Of a stretch of 53,643 bases of DNA, positions 29,165 to 39,771 are shown in pieces. Made by a program: the position numbers and the translations under genes. The DNA lies in the NCBI GenBank assembly GCA_038320275.1, contig JBBQEB010000006.1, forward strand, positions 1 to 53,643, in the 5' to 3' direction. How positions within the stretch are numbered: position 1 is the first letter of the stretch; every line of letters begins with the position of its first letter. The notes under the pieces are model-generated. The model was given only the letters and a program-made list of their open reading frames with translations. It had not been told where the DNA came from and made no database searches. The stretch comes from Myxococcales bacterium (GTDB lineage Bacteria; Myxococcota; Myxococcia; Myxococcales; Anaeromyxobacteraceae).

Positions 29165-29746
29165 TCACGCGCGGCGGAGCGCCTCCTCCACGAAGTCGAG
29201 CCGATCGTTGCCGACGAACATCTCCTCCCCCACGAAGAACGTCGGCGCGCCGAACGCGCCCCGCTTCACGGCGGCCTCGGTCGCGGCGATCAGCGCCTCC
29301 TTCTCCTTGGGCGCGGCCGCCAGGAGCGCGGCGCCGTCGAGCCCGGTCGCACCGGCCACGCTCGCCACCACCTCCGGGCTGGAGACGTCTCGCCCCTCGA
29401 CCCAGGCGGCCCGGAAGACACCTTGGGAGAAAGGTCCGAGCTTGCCCATCTTGTCGGCCGCCAGGGCGGCCCTGAGCGCGAGGACGGTCGCGAAGGGAAA
29501 TGGGGTCGGAAAGGCGAAGGGGACGCCGAGCCGCTTCGCCCAGCGCTGCAGGTCCACCGCCATGTGCTTGCCCTTCAGCGCGACCTCCACCGGTGCGTGA
29601 TTCCCGGTGGCCTTGAAGACGCCCCCCAGGAGGAACGGCCTGTAGCGGAGCGCGGCCCCGGTGCGGGAGGCGAGCGCCTCCACCCGGGTGGACGCCAGGT
29701 ACGAGTACGGCGAGACGAAGTCGTAGAAGAATTCGAGGGTGGCCAT
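29165..29746 (-). CDS. 2-hydroxychromene-2-carboxylate isomerase / DsbA-like (kappa GST) protein
   Basis: FFYDFVSPYSYLA, RPFLLGGVF, GAFGAPTFFV..MFVGNDRL. Confidence 0.92.
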   Translation of the reverse strand: MATLEFFYDFVSPYSYLASTRVEALASRTGAALRYRPFLLGGVFKATGNHAPVEVALKGKHMAVDLQRWAKRLGVPFAFPTPFPFATVLALRAALAADKMGKLGPFSQGVFRAAWVEGRDVSSPEVVASVAGATGLDGAALLAAAPKEKEALIAATEAAVKRGAFGAPTFFVGEEMFVGNDRLDFVEEALRRA

Positions 29747-29800
29747 GGAGAGCTTCCTTGAATGGACCAGCTTGCGAGACCGTCAGTATAAGAAGCCCCC

Positions 29801-30412
29801 ATGCACGCCGCCCTCCTCGCCCTGGCGCTGGCAGCAGCGCCCCCCGACGCCGCCGCGCTCGCCGCGCGCGTACAGGCCTTCTACGAGCGAACTCGCGACC
29901 TCGAGGCGAGCTTCGTGCAGACCTACACCTACGCTGCGTTCGGGAGAAGCCAGACCTCGCGCGGCACGCTGAGGGTGAAGAAGCCGGGCAAGCTCCGCTG
30001 GGACTACCTCGAGCCCACGCCCAAGACCGTGCTCGTGAACGGGTCGCGGCTGGTGCAATACGAGCCCGAGGTGAACCAGGCCTTCATCGACGACGCGTTC
30101 CAGGCGAGCGCCATGAGCGCGGCCGTCACCTTCCTGCTCGGCACCGGCAGCCTGGAGAAGGAGTTCACCCTCGCGCTCGACCCCCAGGGCCGCCTCGTGC
30201 TCACGCCGCGGAAGGAGGACTCCCGGGTGCAGCGGGTGACGCTCACGGTGGGCCACGACGGCGAGGTTTCCGCGAGCGAGGTGCTGGACGGCAGCGACAA
30301 CGTCAACGCGATCGCGCTCTCCAGGCTCCGGCGCAACGTGGGGCTCGCCGACGACGTCTTCAAGCTCGACCTGCCGAAGGACGTGCGAAGGCTGTCGATG
30401 CCGGGGAAGTGA
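29801..30412 (+). CDS. lolA: Outer-membrane lipoprotein carrier LolA
   Basis: ASFVQ, GTLRVKKPGKLRWDYLEP, YEPEVNQ; signal peptide. Confidence 0.85.
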   Translation: MHAALLALALAAAPPDAAALAARVQAFYERTRDLEASFVQTYTYAAFGRSQTSRGTLRVKKPGKLRWDYLEPTPKTVLVNGSRLVQYEPEVNQAFIDDAFQASAMSAAVTFLLGTGSLEKEFTLALDPQGRLVLTPRKEDSRVQRVTLTVGHDGEVSASEVLDGSDNVNAIALSRLRRNVGLADDVFKLDLPKDVRRLSMPGK

Positions 30413-30421
30413 CGGGCGGGG

Positions 30422-31846
30422 CTACCCCAGCACCCGCAGGCCCGACGCGCGCGCCGGGGCTCGCCTGGGCGCGAGGGGCCTCGCAGGCCGCCCGTCGCGC
30501 GCCACCGCCCGGCCCACCAGGTCGTAGTCGCCCGCGTCGGTGATCTCGACCGTCACGAGCTCGCCAGGGTGGAGCACCGCGTCCTCCTCGCCCGGAATGG
30601 CCACCTCGTTGACATAGGTGAGGCCGTCGATCTCTGGCGCCTGCTGCGCGTTCCGGCCGGCCAGGAGGTGCTCCGTCTCCTCGCTCGCGCCCTCCACCAG
30701 GACCTGGAGCCGCCGTCCAACCAGCCCCTGCTGGTGCTCGGCTGCGATGGAGCGCTGGGCCTCCATGATGGCGTTCCAGCGCTCGCGCTTCGTCGCCTCG
30801 GGCACCTGGTCCGCCATCTCCGCCGCGGGCGTGCCCTCCTCGCGGGAGTACTCGAACACGCCCAGCCGCTCGAACCGCTGCTCGCGCACGAACCCGAGGA
30901 GCTCCTCGAAGTCGGCCTCGGTCTCACCCGGCAGCCCGACGATGAGCGAGGTGCGGAGCGCGATCCCGGGCACGCGCGCCCGCAGCTTCGCGAGCAGCTC
31001 GCGCAGGAAGCCCGAGTCGCGCCCGCGCTTCATGCTGCGCAGGAGCCGGTCGGAGGCGTGCTGCAGCGGCATGTCGAGGTACTTGGCGATCTTCTCCTCG
31101 CCTGCCATGACCTCCACCAGCGCATCGGGGAAGTCGCGGGGATAGGCGTAGTGCAGCCGGATCCAGCGGACCCCGTCCACCCGGCAGAGCGCGGGGAGGA
31201 GATCGTGAAGTCGCGGCCTGCCAGGCAGATCGTGCCCCCAGGCGGTGAGGTCCTGGGCCACCAGGGACAGCTCGACGACGCCGTTCGCCGCCAGTGCCTC
31301 CGCCTCGGCCACGAGGTCGTCCGCTGTGCGCGAGCGCTGCGGCCCGCGCAGGGCGGGGATGATGCAGAAGGCGCAGGCGTTGTCGCAGCCCTCGGCGATC
31401 TTCAGATAGGCCGTGTGTGACGGCATGGAGGAGACGCGCGGGGTGCTTGCCGCGTGCACGAAGTCCGGGTCGGGCACGATGACCCGCGAGGCCTGCGCGT
31501 CCGCGACGATGCGGGCGATGTCCTGGTACGCGCCCGTTCCCACGAAGTGGTCCACCTCCGGGAGCTCGGCGGAGAGCTCGGCATGGTAGCGCTGGGTGAG
31601 GCAGCCCGCGACGACGAGCTTCTTGCAGCGCCCCTCGCGCCGGTGCTCGGCCAGCTCCACGATGGCCGCGATCGACTCCTCCTTGGCGCTCTCGATGAAG
31701 CCGCAGGTGTTGACGACGATGAGGTCGGCGCGCGCGGGATCCTGCACGAGCCCGTAGCCGGCGTCGGCGAGCGGGCCGAGCATGACCGCGCTGTCGACCC
31801 GGTTCTTGGGACAGCCGAGCGTGTGCAGATAGACGTGGGTGGGCAA
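30422..31846 (-). CDS. rimO: Ribosomal protein S12 methylthiotransferase
   Basis: [47 protein letters not shown] domain APEIDG; TTG start estimated. Confidence 0.94.
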   Translation of the reverse strand: MPTHVYLHTLGCPKNRVDSAVMLGPLADAGYGLVQDPARADLIVVNTCGFIESAKEESIAAIVELAEHRREGRCKKLVVAGCLTQRYHAELSAELPEVDHFVGTGAYQDIARIVADAQASRVIVPDPDFVHAASTPRVSSMPSHTAYLKIAEGCDNACAFCIIPALRGPQRSRTADDLVAEAEALAANGVVELSLVAQDLTAWGHDLPGRPRLHDLLPALCRVDGVRWIRLHYAYPRDFPDALVEVMAGEEKIAKYLDMPLQHASDRLLRSMKRGRDSGFLRELLAKLRARVPGIALRTSLIVGLPGETEADFEELLGFVREQRFERLGVFEYSREEGTPAAEMADQVPEATKRERWNAIMEAQRSIAAEHQQGLVGRRLQVLVEGASEETEHLLAGRNAQQAPEIDGLTYVNEVAIPGEEDAVLHPGELVTVEITDAGDYDLVGRAVARDGRPARPLAPRRAPARASGLRVLG

Positions 31847-31968
31847 GGGGCGGGGATCTAACGGATTCCGGGTGCGGAGCGCAAACGCGGGGGGCCCCGG
31901 CCGGGCTTCCACGACGGCGCGGGCGTATGCGGTGCCCGCCGCCCCGCAGCCCGTTTATGGGATCCGCC

Positions 31969-32613
31969 ATGACCGCGCTCCGAACCATCGTCTACCCCGC
32001 CGCGCGCGCCGCGCTCGGCCTGGGCCTCCTCGCCGCGGCCCTCCTGGCGGGCTCCGGCCCCGCGCGCGGGAGCGAGCAGGAGGTCCGGAAGGGCGACGAC
32101 TCGGCGAAGAGGCTCCGGGAGGCCACCAAGGGGGCGAACGGTGGTGTCGCCGCGGCTCGTCCGTCCGGGCCCGCGGCACCGGCGCATCCGAACCACCGCT
32201 CCGCGCCCGCCCGTCGCGCCGGGTGGTGGGAGTTCGCCGCGGCCCCCTCCAAGGAGAAGCCCCTCGACGCATACCAGCTCTGCATCGGTCCCCGGAGCGA
32301 GCAGCGCCTCTCGGCCTTCGATCAGATCGCGGATCCAGAGGAGTGCGGCAAGGCCGAGCTCAAGAAGGCGGGGGCGGGCTGGTCATTCGTCGGGACTTGC
32401 GAGTACGAGGACGGCATCGCCGCGACGATCAAGGGCACCATCTCCGGCGACTTCCAGAAGGCCTATACGGTCGAGCTCACGATCACCCCGCAGGACGCCG
32501 GAGCCGCCCGGCAGATCACCATGACCGCGAGGTACCTCGGCTCGTGCCCCGCCGGTCGCAAGGAGGGCGACGAGGTCACCGGCGGCACCGTGAAGAACGT
32601 GCTCGAACCGTGA
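31969..32613 (+). CDS. Secreted DUF3617-like protein
   Basis: Signal peptide; RRAGWWE, LCI, C..C, GDFQKAY, ARYLGSCPAG. Confidence 0.7.
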   Translation: MTALRTIVYPAARAALGLGLLAAALLAGSGPARGSEQEVRKGDDSAKRLREATKGANGGVAAARPSGPAAPAHPNHRSAPARRAGWWEFAAAPSKEKPLDAYQLCIGPRSEQRLSAFDQIADPEECGKAELKKAGAGWSFVGTCEYEDGIAATIKGTISGDFQKAYTVELTITPQDAGAARQITMTARYLGSCPAGRKEGDEVTGGTVKNVLEP

Positions 32614-32786
32614 CGGGGTTGCCGCCGCTTTCGCAGCCGGCATCCGCGTCCGGTTCGCAGGGCGATGTCTTCGGCCGCCGCCTTTCGGAACAGGTCGCTC
32701 GAGACACGCCCTCCCCGCGTCATAGCTCCGCTATCACACCCATCCCCATCCGCGGCGCGGGATGCGCGTTGCGCTACGATGACGGG

Positions 32787-33122
32787 GTGGCCGCCCTCGA
32801 CGCCGCCCTGGGCCGCATCCCGCTCGACCGGGAGCGCGTCGCCGCGTTCTGCCACCGGAACGGGATCCGGCGGCTGGCGCTCTTCGGCTCCGTGCTGCGC
32901 GACGACTTCGCGGACTGCAGCGACGTGGACGTCCTCGTCGAGTTCCTTCCCGGCCGGACGCCGGGGTTCGAGCTCGCTCGGATGGAGGCGGAGCTCGGGG
33001 AGCTGTTCGGGCGCAGAGCAGACCTGCGCACGCCGGCGGAGCTGAGCCGCTTCTTCCGCGAAGAGGTCCTGCGCGAGGCGGTGCCCATCTACGAGGCGGA
33101 GGCCGCGGATGTCGCGACGTGA
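32787..33122 (+). CDS. Minimal nucleotidyltransferase (MNT) antitoxin
   Basis: LFGSVLRDDFADCSDVDVLVEF (GS-x10-DxD); LFGRRADLRT; GTG 32787. Confidence 0.9.
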   Translation: MAALDAALGRIPLDRERVAAFCHRNGIRRLALFGSVLRDDFADCSDVDVLVEFLPGRTPGFELARMEAELGELFGRRADLRTPAELSRFFREEVLREAVPIYEAEAADVAT

Positions 33123-33462
33123 GGACGCGGTGCGCCTCATGCACATGCGCGAAGCTGCGCCAAGAGCGATCGAGGCGGTGCGGTCGAGGTCGCGCGAAGA
33201 GGTGCTCGGCGACGACCTCCTCGTGCTCGCGGTCACGCGGCTGGTCGAGATCCTGGGCGAGGCCTCGAAGCAGATCTCACCCGAGCTCCGGCGCGCGAAC
33301 CCGGACGTGCAGTGGGCGGAGATCGCGGCCTCGCGCAACCGCCTGGTTCATGCCTACTTCGAGGTCGATCCGGAGGTGCTCTGGGAGATCCTCACCGCCT
33401 CGCTCCCAGAGCTTCTCCCCAAGCTCGATCGGATGATCGCGGGAGGGTCTGTGGGCGGCTGA
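33109..33462 (+). CDS. HEPN (DUF86, HepT-like) RNase toxin
   Basis: EILGEASK, WAEIAASRNRLVHAYF (RxxxxH-x-Y); overlaps the MNT stop. Confidence 0.9.
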   Translation: MSRREDAVRLMHMREAAPRAIEAVRSRSREEVLGDDLLVLAVTRLVEILGEASKQISPELRRANPDVQWAEIAASRNRLVHAYFEVDPEVLWEILTASLPELLPKLDRMIAGGSVGG

Positions 33463-33500
33463 GCGGGAAGCTCGGCCCAGGCGAGATCTCGGACGGCTCC

Positions 33501-33989
33501 TCACTCCCTGAAGTTCTGGAACTGGACCGGGAATCCGAGCTCGGCCGCGCGCACCTTCGCCATCACCTGCTGCAGGTCGTCCCGCTTCTTGCCGGTGACG
33601 CGCACCGCCTCGCCCTGGATCGACGCCTGCACCTTGATCCCCGAGTCCTTCACCAGCGCCACCAGCTTCTTCGCGTCCTCGCTCTTGATGCCCTTCTTGA
33701 GCTTCACCACCTGGCGCACGTGGCCACCGCTGGCCGGCTCCAGCTTCTGCGGGTCGAGCCCTTCTAGCGGCACGCCGCGCTTGGCGAGCTTCTCCATGAG
33801 GACGCCGTAGGCGGCCTCGGCGCGCCCCTCGCTGTTGGCCTCGACGAGGATCGACCCGTCCGCCTGGCGCTTCAGATCCGTGGAGGTCCCCTTGAAGTCG
33901 AAGCGCTGGGCGAGCTCCTTGCGCGCCTGGTTGAAGGCGTTGTCGACCTCCATCAGGTCGAGCTCGGACACGACGTCGAAGCTGGGCAT
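33501..33989 (-). CDS. yajQ: YajQ family nucleotide/c-di-GMP-binding protein
   Basis: MPSFDVVSE, RFDFKG, IQGEAVRVTGKKRDDLQ, QFQNFR. Confidence 0.95.
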   Translation of the reverse strand: MPSFDVVSELDLMEVDNAFNQARKELAQRFDFKGTSTDLKRQADGSILVEANSEGRAEAAYGVLMEKLAKRGVPLEGLDPQKLEPASGGHVRQVVKLKKGIKSEDAKKLVALVKDSGIKVQASIQGEAVRVTGKKRDDLQQVMAKVRAAELGFPVQFQNFRE

Positions 33990-34025
33990 CGGGCTCCCTC
34001 TCCTCTCGATCGCAGGTCGCGATCG

Positions 34026-35678
34026 CTACAGCTCCAGCACCACCGGCAGGACCGAGGGCTTCTTCGCCCCCTCGCGCCGGAACCAGCGTCGAACCGACTG
34101 TCGAAGCACCTCCTCCACCTCGGCGACGTCCTCGCGCGCGTGCGGCGTGAGCTCCTCCAGAGCGCGCAGCACCTCGCCGCTGAGCGCCTCCTCCGCGCCC
34201 TCGAACCCGGCCACTCCGCGGGCGAAGAGCTCCGGCCCGCGCAGCACCGTGCCGCTGGCGCGGTCCACCGCGACCACCACGATGCAGAGCCCCCCCTCGG
34301 CCAGGAGGCGCCGGTCGCGCACCACCAGCTCGCCCACCTCCGCCCGGCCCCAGGCGTCCCGGTCGGTGTACACGCGCCCCACCGGCAGCGGCTGGCCCAG
34401 CACGGTGGCGCCCGCGTCCGAGAGCTCCAGCACGTCGCCGTCCACCAGCACGTGGCGGTGGCTTACGCCCTCCCTGGCGGCGTGCCCGGCGTGGCGCGCC
34501 AGGTGCCGGTACTCCCCGTGGATGGGCATGAACCGCTCCGGGCGCACGAGGCCGATGAGCCGCCGCTGCTCCGACTCCTGGGCGTGGCCGGAGACGTGGA
34601 GCGGGCGCAGGTCCTCGTAGGCCACCTCGGCTCCGCGCCGGACCAGCTCGTTCACCACCCCGCCGATGGCGATCTCGTTTCCCGGGATGAAGCGCGACGA
34701 GAGCACCACCAGGTCGCCGGGCTCCACCGTGAGCTCGGGGTGCTCGCCGCGGGCGAGCCGGGCCAGGGCGCTCCGCGGTTCGCCCTGGGTGCCGGTGGTG
34801 ACGACGCAGAGCTCGCGCGGCGGCAGGTCGCGCGCCTCCTGCGGCGAGCAGAGCTGCCAGGGGGCGAAGCGGAGATACCCGAGCTCGCGCGCGAGCTGGA
34901 CGTTCGCCTCCATCGAGCGGCCCAGGAGCACGAGGCGCCGCCCCAGCCCGCGCGCAGCGTCTGCGATCTGCTGGACCCGGTGGATGTTGGAGGCGAAGCA
35001 GGCGACGAACACGCGCCCCTTGGCCTCCTCGAAGGCGCGCTCCAGCGCCGAGCCCACCGCCGACTCCGAGAGCGAGGTCCCTGGCCGCTCGGAATTGGTG
35101 GAGTCGGAGAGCAGGAGCCGCACGCCTTCGCGCCCCAGGGCGCCCATGCGGGCGAGGTCCATCACCCGGCCGTCGATGGGCGCCTCGTCGATCTTGAAGT
35201 CGCCGGTGTGCAGGAGGACGCCCTGCGGCGTGGTGATGGCGAGCGCGCAGGCGTCGGGGATGGAGTGCGTCACCGCGATGAACTCGGCGGAGAGGGCGGA
35301 GCCCTCTCCCGCGGAGCGCCGCTCGCCCGGCCGCACCTCGCGGAGGTCGGCGGTGACGCCCGCCTCCCGCAGCCGGTGGTCGAGGAGGTGGCGGGCGAAG
35401 CGGGGCACGTGCACGGGCGCCTTCACGCTCCGCAGCAGGGCGGGCAGCGCGCCGATGTGGTCCTCGTGGCCGTGGGTGACATAGATCGCGCCCACCCGGT
35501 CCTTGCGCTCCACCAGCCAGGCGAGGTCGGGCGTGATGACGTCCAGCCCGAACGGCTCGTTGGGGAACATGACGCCGCAGTCGACGACCGCGATGCGGTC
35601 GCCGCACTCGATCGCCATGCAGTTCATGCCGATCTCCCCGAGCCCTCCCAGGGCGGCGATGCGGACGGGCGGCGCCAC
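34026..35678 (-). CDS. rnj: Ribonuclease J
   Basis: LGGLGEIGMN, THGHEDHIG, THSIPD, HTGDFK, SDSTN, HVSGHA, PIHGEYRH. Confidence 0.96.
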   Translation of the reverse strand: MAPPVRIAALGGLGEIGMNCMAIECGDRIAVVDCGVMFPNEPFGLDVITPDLAWLVERKDRVGAIYVTHGHEDHIGALPALLRSVKAPVHVPRFARHLLDHRLREAGVTADLREVRPGERRSAGEGSALSAEFIAVTHSIPDACALAITTPQGVLLHTGDFKIDEAPIDGRVMDLARMGALGREGVRLLLSDSTNSERPGTSLSESAVGSALERAFEEAKGRVFVACFASNIHRVQQIADAARGLGRRLVLLGRSMEANVQLARELGYLRFAPWQLCSPQEARDLPPRELCVVTTGTQGEPRSALARLARGEHPELTVEPGDLVVLSSRFIPGNEIAIGGVVNELVRRGAEVAYEDLRPLHVSGHAQESEQRRLIGLVRPERFMPIHGEYRHLARHAGHAAREGVSHRHVLVDGDVLELSDAGATVLGQPLPVGRVYTDRDAWGRAEVGELVVRDRRLLAEGGLCIVVVAVDRASGTVLRGPELFARGVAGFEGAEEALSGEVLRALEELTPHAREDVAEVEEVLRQSVRRWFRREGAKKPSVLPVVLEL

Positions 35679-35734
35679 GGCTGGAGGGTGTAACCGGCCC
35701 CCCGCCCGCCCCGCAGCGATTAAGGTAGGCCCCC

Positions 35735-38092
35735 GTGGCCGACCCCGTCCTCGACGACCTCAATGACGCCCAGCGGGAGGCGGTGCTCCACGGCGATGGT
35801 CCGATGCTGGTCCTCGCCGGCGCGGGCAGCGGCAAGACGCGCGTCATCGTGCACCGGGTGGCGCACCTCGTTCGCGACGAGCGGGTGATGCCCTGGCACG
35901 TGCTCTGCGTGACTTTCACCAACAAGGCCGCCGGCGAGATGCGGGAACGCCTCCTGACGCTGCTCGGGGCGGAGGCGCGCGAGCTCTGGGTGTCCACCTT
36001 CCACGCCTTCGGCGCGCGCTTCCTCCGGCGGGAGGCGGCCGCGGCGGGGCTGCCCGCGTCGTTCCCCATCTACGACACCGACGACCAGCTCCGCCTGGTG
36101 AAGGGCCTCATGGCGGAGATGGGGCTGGGCGAGTCCGGCTCCCTCACGCCGCGCGAGGTTCTCTCGCGGATCGACCGCTGGAAGAACGACGCGCTCCGCG
36201 CGAAGGACGTGCGGGTGGGCGAGCTCGACCACGACGGCCGGGACGCGAAGGCGCTCTACGCCCGCTACGAGTCTGCCCTGGCGCGCGCCGGCGCGACCGA
36301 CTTCGGCGACCTCATCATCCGCCCGCTCCACCTGCTGGAGGGGGACCCGGCGCTGCGGCAGCGCTGGGCGGCCCGCTTCCGACACATCCTCGTCGACGAG
36401 TTCCAGGACACCAATCCCGCGCAGTACCGGCTCGTCCGGCTCCTCGCCGGGCCGAAGCGGAACGTCTGCGTGGTGGGCGACGACGACCAGTCCATCTACC
36501 GCTGGCGCGGCGCCGACGTCTCCAACATCCTCGACTACGACCGCGACTGGCCCGGCACCCGCGTGGTGAAGCTGGAGCAGAACTACCGCTCCACGCGACC
36601 CATCCTCGACGCCGCGCACGCCGTCATCTCGCGCGCGCACCGCCGGCGCGAGAAGAAGCTCTGGACCGAGCGGGAGGGCGGCGCGCCGCTGGCGCTCCTC
36701 GTCGCGCAGGACGAGCACGAGGAGGGTGAGCGCATCGCCCGCTCGGTGGAGTCCGCCCACGGCCAGGGCGCCGCCTGGGACGCCATCGCCGTGCTCTATC
36801 GCACCAACGCCCAGTCGCGTGCGGTGGAGGCGGCGCTGCGGGGCCGGCGCATCCCCTACGTGCTGGTGCGCGGCACGAGCTTCTACGAGCGGGTCGAGGT
36901 GAAGGACGCCGCCGCCTACCTGCGCCTCGCGCTCGTGCCCCGCTCCGACCTCGACCTCCTGCGCATCGCCAATCGCCCCGCGCGCGGCGTCGGGGAGAAG
37001 TCCCTGGAGCGGGTGGTCACCTTCGCGCAGGACCGCGGGGTCGCGCTCTTCGACGCCCTGCGGGAGGTGGACCTCGTCCCCGACCTGCCCGGAAAGGCGA
37101 GGAGGGCGCTCGCCGACCTCCGCGACCTCATCGGCGATCTCCATGGCCGGGTGGCCAGCCTGGACGCCGGCATCGCCGTCCAGGAGGTCATCCAGCGCAG
37201 CGAGATGATGGAGCGGCTGAAGCTCGAGGGCACCGACGAGTCGGTCGAGCGCGCGGAGAACCTCATGGAGCTCCTCGCCGCCGCCCGCGAGTTCGACGAG
37301 GCGCACGCGAACGAGCCGCCGCCGCGCGATCCGGAGGAGCCCGTGCCGGCGCCCCTGGCCCGCTTCCTAGAGGGCATCGCGCTCCTGGGCGAGGCGGACG
37401 CGCCCACGCCGGAGGGGCGGGTGGCGGTCATGACGCTCCACGCCGCCAAGGGGCTGGAGTTCGACGCGGTGGTGCTGGCCGGCATGGAGGAGGGCGTCCT
37501 CCCCTACACGCGCCCGTGGCGACGCCCCGAGTCGGAGGAGGCGCGGCAGGCCGACCTCGACGAGGAGCGGCGCCTCTGCTACGTGGGCATGACCCGGGCG
37601 CGAAAGCTCCTCACGCTCTCGCTGGCCCGGCGCCGGATGACCTTCGGCGAGGGCGGGCCCACCTTCCGCCAGCAGGAGCCGTCGCGCTTCCTGGCCGACC
37701 TGCCGCCGGAGCTGTTCGGCCTGCCCCGGCAGGCCGCGCCCGTTCGAGCCGAGCCGTCGCGAATCCGGCGGCTCCCGGGCGCGCTCGACGGGGAGCCCGT
37801 GATCGAGCTGGACCCGGCCGATGGCGTGGGCGAGGCGGAGGCCAAGGTCCGCGCGTGGTCGCCGCAGCGCTCGTCCCCGCGGGGCCCGCGCGCCCCCCCC
37901 GCCGTGGACGAGCTCGACCAGCGCCCGCCGGACGAGGAAGGGCTCGCGGCCGGCGACCGCGTCGTCCACGCCTCGCTGGGCGAGGGCATCGTGCGGTCGG
38001 CCGAGGGGACCGGGCCCGAGGCCAAGGTGACGGTCGCCTTCTACGACAGGGGCGAGAAGCGGGTCATCGCCCGCTTCCTGCGCCGGGGCTGA
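35735..38092 (+). CDS. UvrD/PcrA ATP-dependent DNA helicase
   Basis: AGAGSGKT, VDEFQDTN, VGDDDQSIYRWRGA, LEQNYRST, TLHAAKGLEF, EERRLCYVGMTRA; C-terminal Tudor-like domain. Confidence 0.96.
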   Translation: MADPVLDDLNDAQREAVLHGDGPMLVLAGAGSGKTRVIVHRVAHLVRDERVMPWHVLCVTFTNKAAGEMRERLLTLLGAEARELWVSTFHAFGARFLRREAAAAGLPASFPIYDTDDQLRLVKGLMAEMGLGESGSLTPREVLSRIDRWKNDALRAKDVRVGELDHDGRDAKALYARYESALARAGATDFGDLIIRPLHLLEGDPALRQRWAARFRHILVDEFQDTNPAQYRLVRLLAGPKRNVCVVGDDDQSIYRWRGADVSNILDYDRDWPGTRVVKLEQNYRSTRPILDAAHAVISRAHRRREKKLWTEREGGAPLALLVAQDEHEEGERIARSVESAHGQGAAWDAIAVLYRTNAQSRAVEAALRGRRIPYVLVRGTSFYERVEVKDAAAYLRLALVPRSDLDLLRIANRPARGVGEKSLERVVTFAQDRGVALFDALREVDLVPDLPGKARRALADLRDLIGDLHGRVASLDAGIAVQEVIQRSEMMERLKLEGTDESVERAENLMELLAAAREFDEAHANEPPPRDPEEPVPAPLARFLEGIALLGEADAPTPEGRVAVMTLHAAKGLEFDAVVLAGMEEGVLPYTRPWRRPESEEARQADLDEERRLCYVGMTRARKLLTLSLARRRMTFGEGGPTFRQQEPSRFLADLPPELFGLPRQAAPVRAEPSRIRRLPGALDGEPVIELDPADGVGEAEAKVRAWSPQRSSPRGPRAPPAVDELDQRPPDEEGLAAGDRVVHASLGEGIVRSAEGTGPEAKVTVAFYDRGEKRVIARFLRRG

Positions 38093-38157
38093 CGGAGCTC
38101 CGTCGCGGATCTGATAGTGGGGCACTTCCGCCCGGAGGAACCTCGAGGCTCTTGCAG

Positions 38158-39687
38158 GTGCCAGCCCTCGTCCTGGAGAGCCCTTGGTCCCGCCGCGGGC
38201 CCGCGCTGGTCGCGCTGGCCGCCTTCGCGCTCCACGCAGCGTGTGGGGGGCGTTACGGCATCTTCCGCGACGAGCTGTACTTCGTCGCCTGCGGCGAGCG
38301 GCTGGCGTGGGGGTACGTCGATCAGCCGCCGCTCGTCGCCGCGGTCGCTCGGGTGGGCCACGCGCTCTTCGGCGCCTGGATCCCGGGGCTGCGCCTCCTG
38401 CCCTGGCTGGCGGCCGCGCTGACCGTGTACGCCGCGGGCCGGCTCGCGGCTCGGCTTGGCGCGGGCGGCTTCGGGGCGACGCTGGGCGCGCTGGCGGTGG
38501 CCGCGGCGCCGGTGCTGTCCGGCCTCGGCCACTACCTCACCATGAACGCATTCGAGCCGCTCCTCTGGACGCTGCTCGCCCTCTCCATGGCGCGGCTCCT
38601 CGCGACGGGCGATCCGCGCGCCTGGTACCCGGCGGCGGTCTCGGCCGCGGTGAGCTTCCTCTTCAAGTACTCCGTCGCCCCCTTCGCGGTGTTCCTGGTG
38701 CTGGGCGTGGCGCTCTCACCCGCGCGCAGGCTCCTCCTGTCGCGCCACGCTGCGCTGGCAGCAGCGTTCGGGCTCCTCCTCGTCCTGCCCAACGCCGCCT
38801 GGCAGGCCGGGCACGGGCTGCCCTTCCTCGAGCTCGTCCGGAACGGTCAGCTCCACAAGAACGCGGACTTCGCCCTGGGCAACTTCGCGAGGCAGCTCGT
38901 CCTGCAGCCGAATCCCCTGAACCTCCCGATCTGGACGGGCGGGCTCCTCTGGCTTCTTGCGTCCCGCGCTGCCCGGCCGTTCCGGCCCGTCGGCATCGCG
39001 GCGCTCCTCCAGTTCGCCTTCCTCGTCGCCACCCGCGCCAAGCCGTATTACGCCGCGCCGCTGTTGCCGGTGCTCCTGGGCGCGGGAGGGGCAGCCGTGG
39101 AGCGAGCGCTCCCCTGGCGCAAGGGCCGGGTGGCCTCGGCCGGCCTGCTCGCGGCGATGGGTCTCGCCGTCACGCCCGCCGCGCTGCCCATCCTGCCGCT
39201 GCAGGCGTACCTGCGTTACCAGGCCGCGCTGGGGCTCGCCCCGGAGCGGCTGGAGAAGAAGGAGTACGGCGTCCTGCCCCAGATCCTGGCCGACCAGTTC
39301 GGCTGGCCGGCACTGGCGCACGCGGTGGAGGAGGTCGCTCGCGAGCTGCCGGAGGAGGAGCGGGGAAGGGCGCTCGCCTTCGCCCAGAACTACGGCGAGG
39401 CGGGGGCGCTCGAGCTCTACGGCGGCGCCTCCATGCCTCCCGTGGTCAGCGGGCACAACCAGTACTGGCTGTGGGGCTTGCCCGAGGGCAAACGCGACGT
39501 CGTCATCCTGATCGGGGACGGCGAGGAGGAGTGCCCCGGGGTTCGCTGGCAGAGCCGCACGCTCGCGAGGCGGCTGCCGAAGAACCCGCTCGCCATGCCC
39601 TACGAGAGCGGGCTTCACATCTGGATCTGCCGCGGGCCAGGGCGACCGCTGCGGGAGGGCTGGCCGAGGACGAAGAGCTACGAGTGA
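38158..39687 (+). CDS. GT39-family membrane glycosyltransferase
   Basis: YGIFRDELYF..LAWGYVDQPPL, KPYY, NYGEAGA, SGHNQYWLWG; start estimated. Confidence 0.88.
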   Translation: MPALVLESPWSRRGPALVALAAFALHAACGGRYGIFRDELYFVACGERLAWGYVDQPPLVAAVARVGHALFGAWIPGLRLLPWLAAALTVYAAGRLAARLGAGGFGATLGALAVAAAPVLSGLGHYLTMNAFEPLLWTLLALSMARLLATGDPRAWYPAAVSAAVSFLFKYSVAPFAVFLVLGVALSPARRLLLSRHAALAAAFGLLLVLPNAAWQAGHGLPFLELVRNGQLHKNADFALGNFARQLVLQPNPLNLPIWTGGLLWLLASRAARPFRPVGIAALLQFAFLVATRAKPYYAAPLLPVLLGAGGAAVERALPWRKGRVASAGLLAAMGLAVTPAALPILPLQAYLRYQAALGLAPERLEKKEYGVLPQILADQFGWPALAHAVEEVARELPEEERGRALAFAQNYGEAGALELYGGASMPPVVSGHNQYWLWGLPEGKRDVVILIGDGEEECPGVRWQSRTLARRLPKNPLAMPYESGLHIWICRGPGRPLREGWPRTKSYE

Positions 39688-39771
39688 CACCGCGGAAGGC
39701 GGCGCCTGCGAACAAGCGCTCCAGATCGGTCCTTCACCTCGTCCGGGCAGCCGGACGCCCCGGCCCGTGGC

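Noticed and set aside
32621..32734. Imperfect repeat GCCGCCGC(C)TTTCG (32621, 32674) and small inverted repeat ATAGC-tcc-GCTAT (32722-32734) upstream of the MNT gene
   Set aside because: Too short and GC-rich to separate from chance; no attC, att or operator pattern supported
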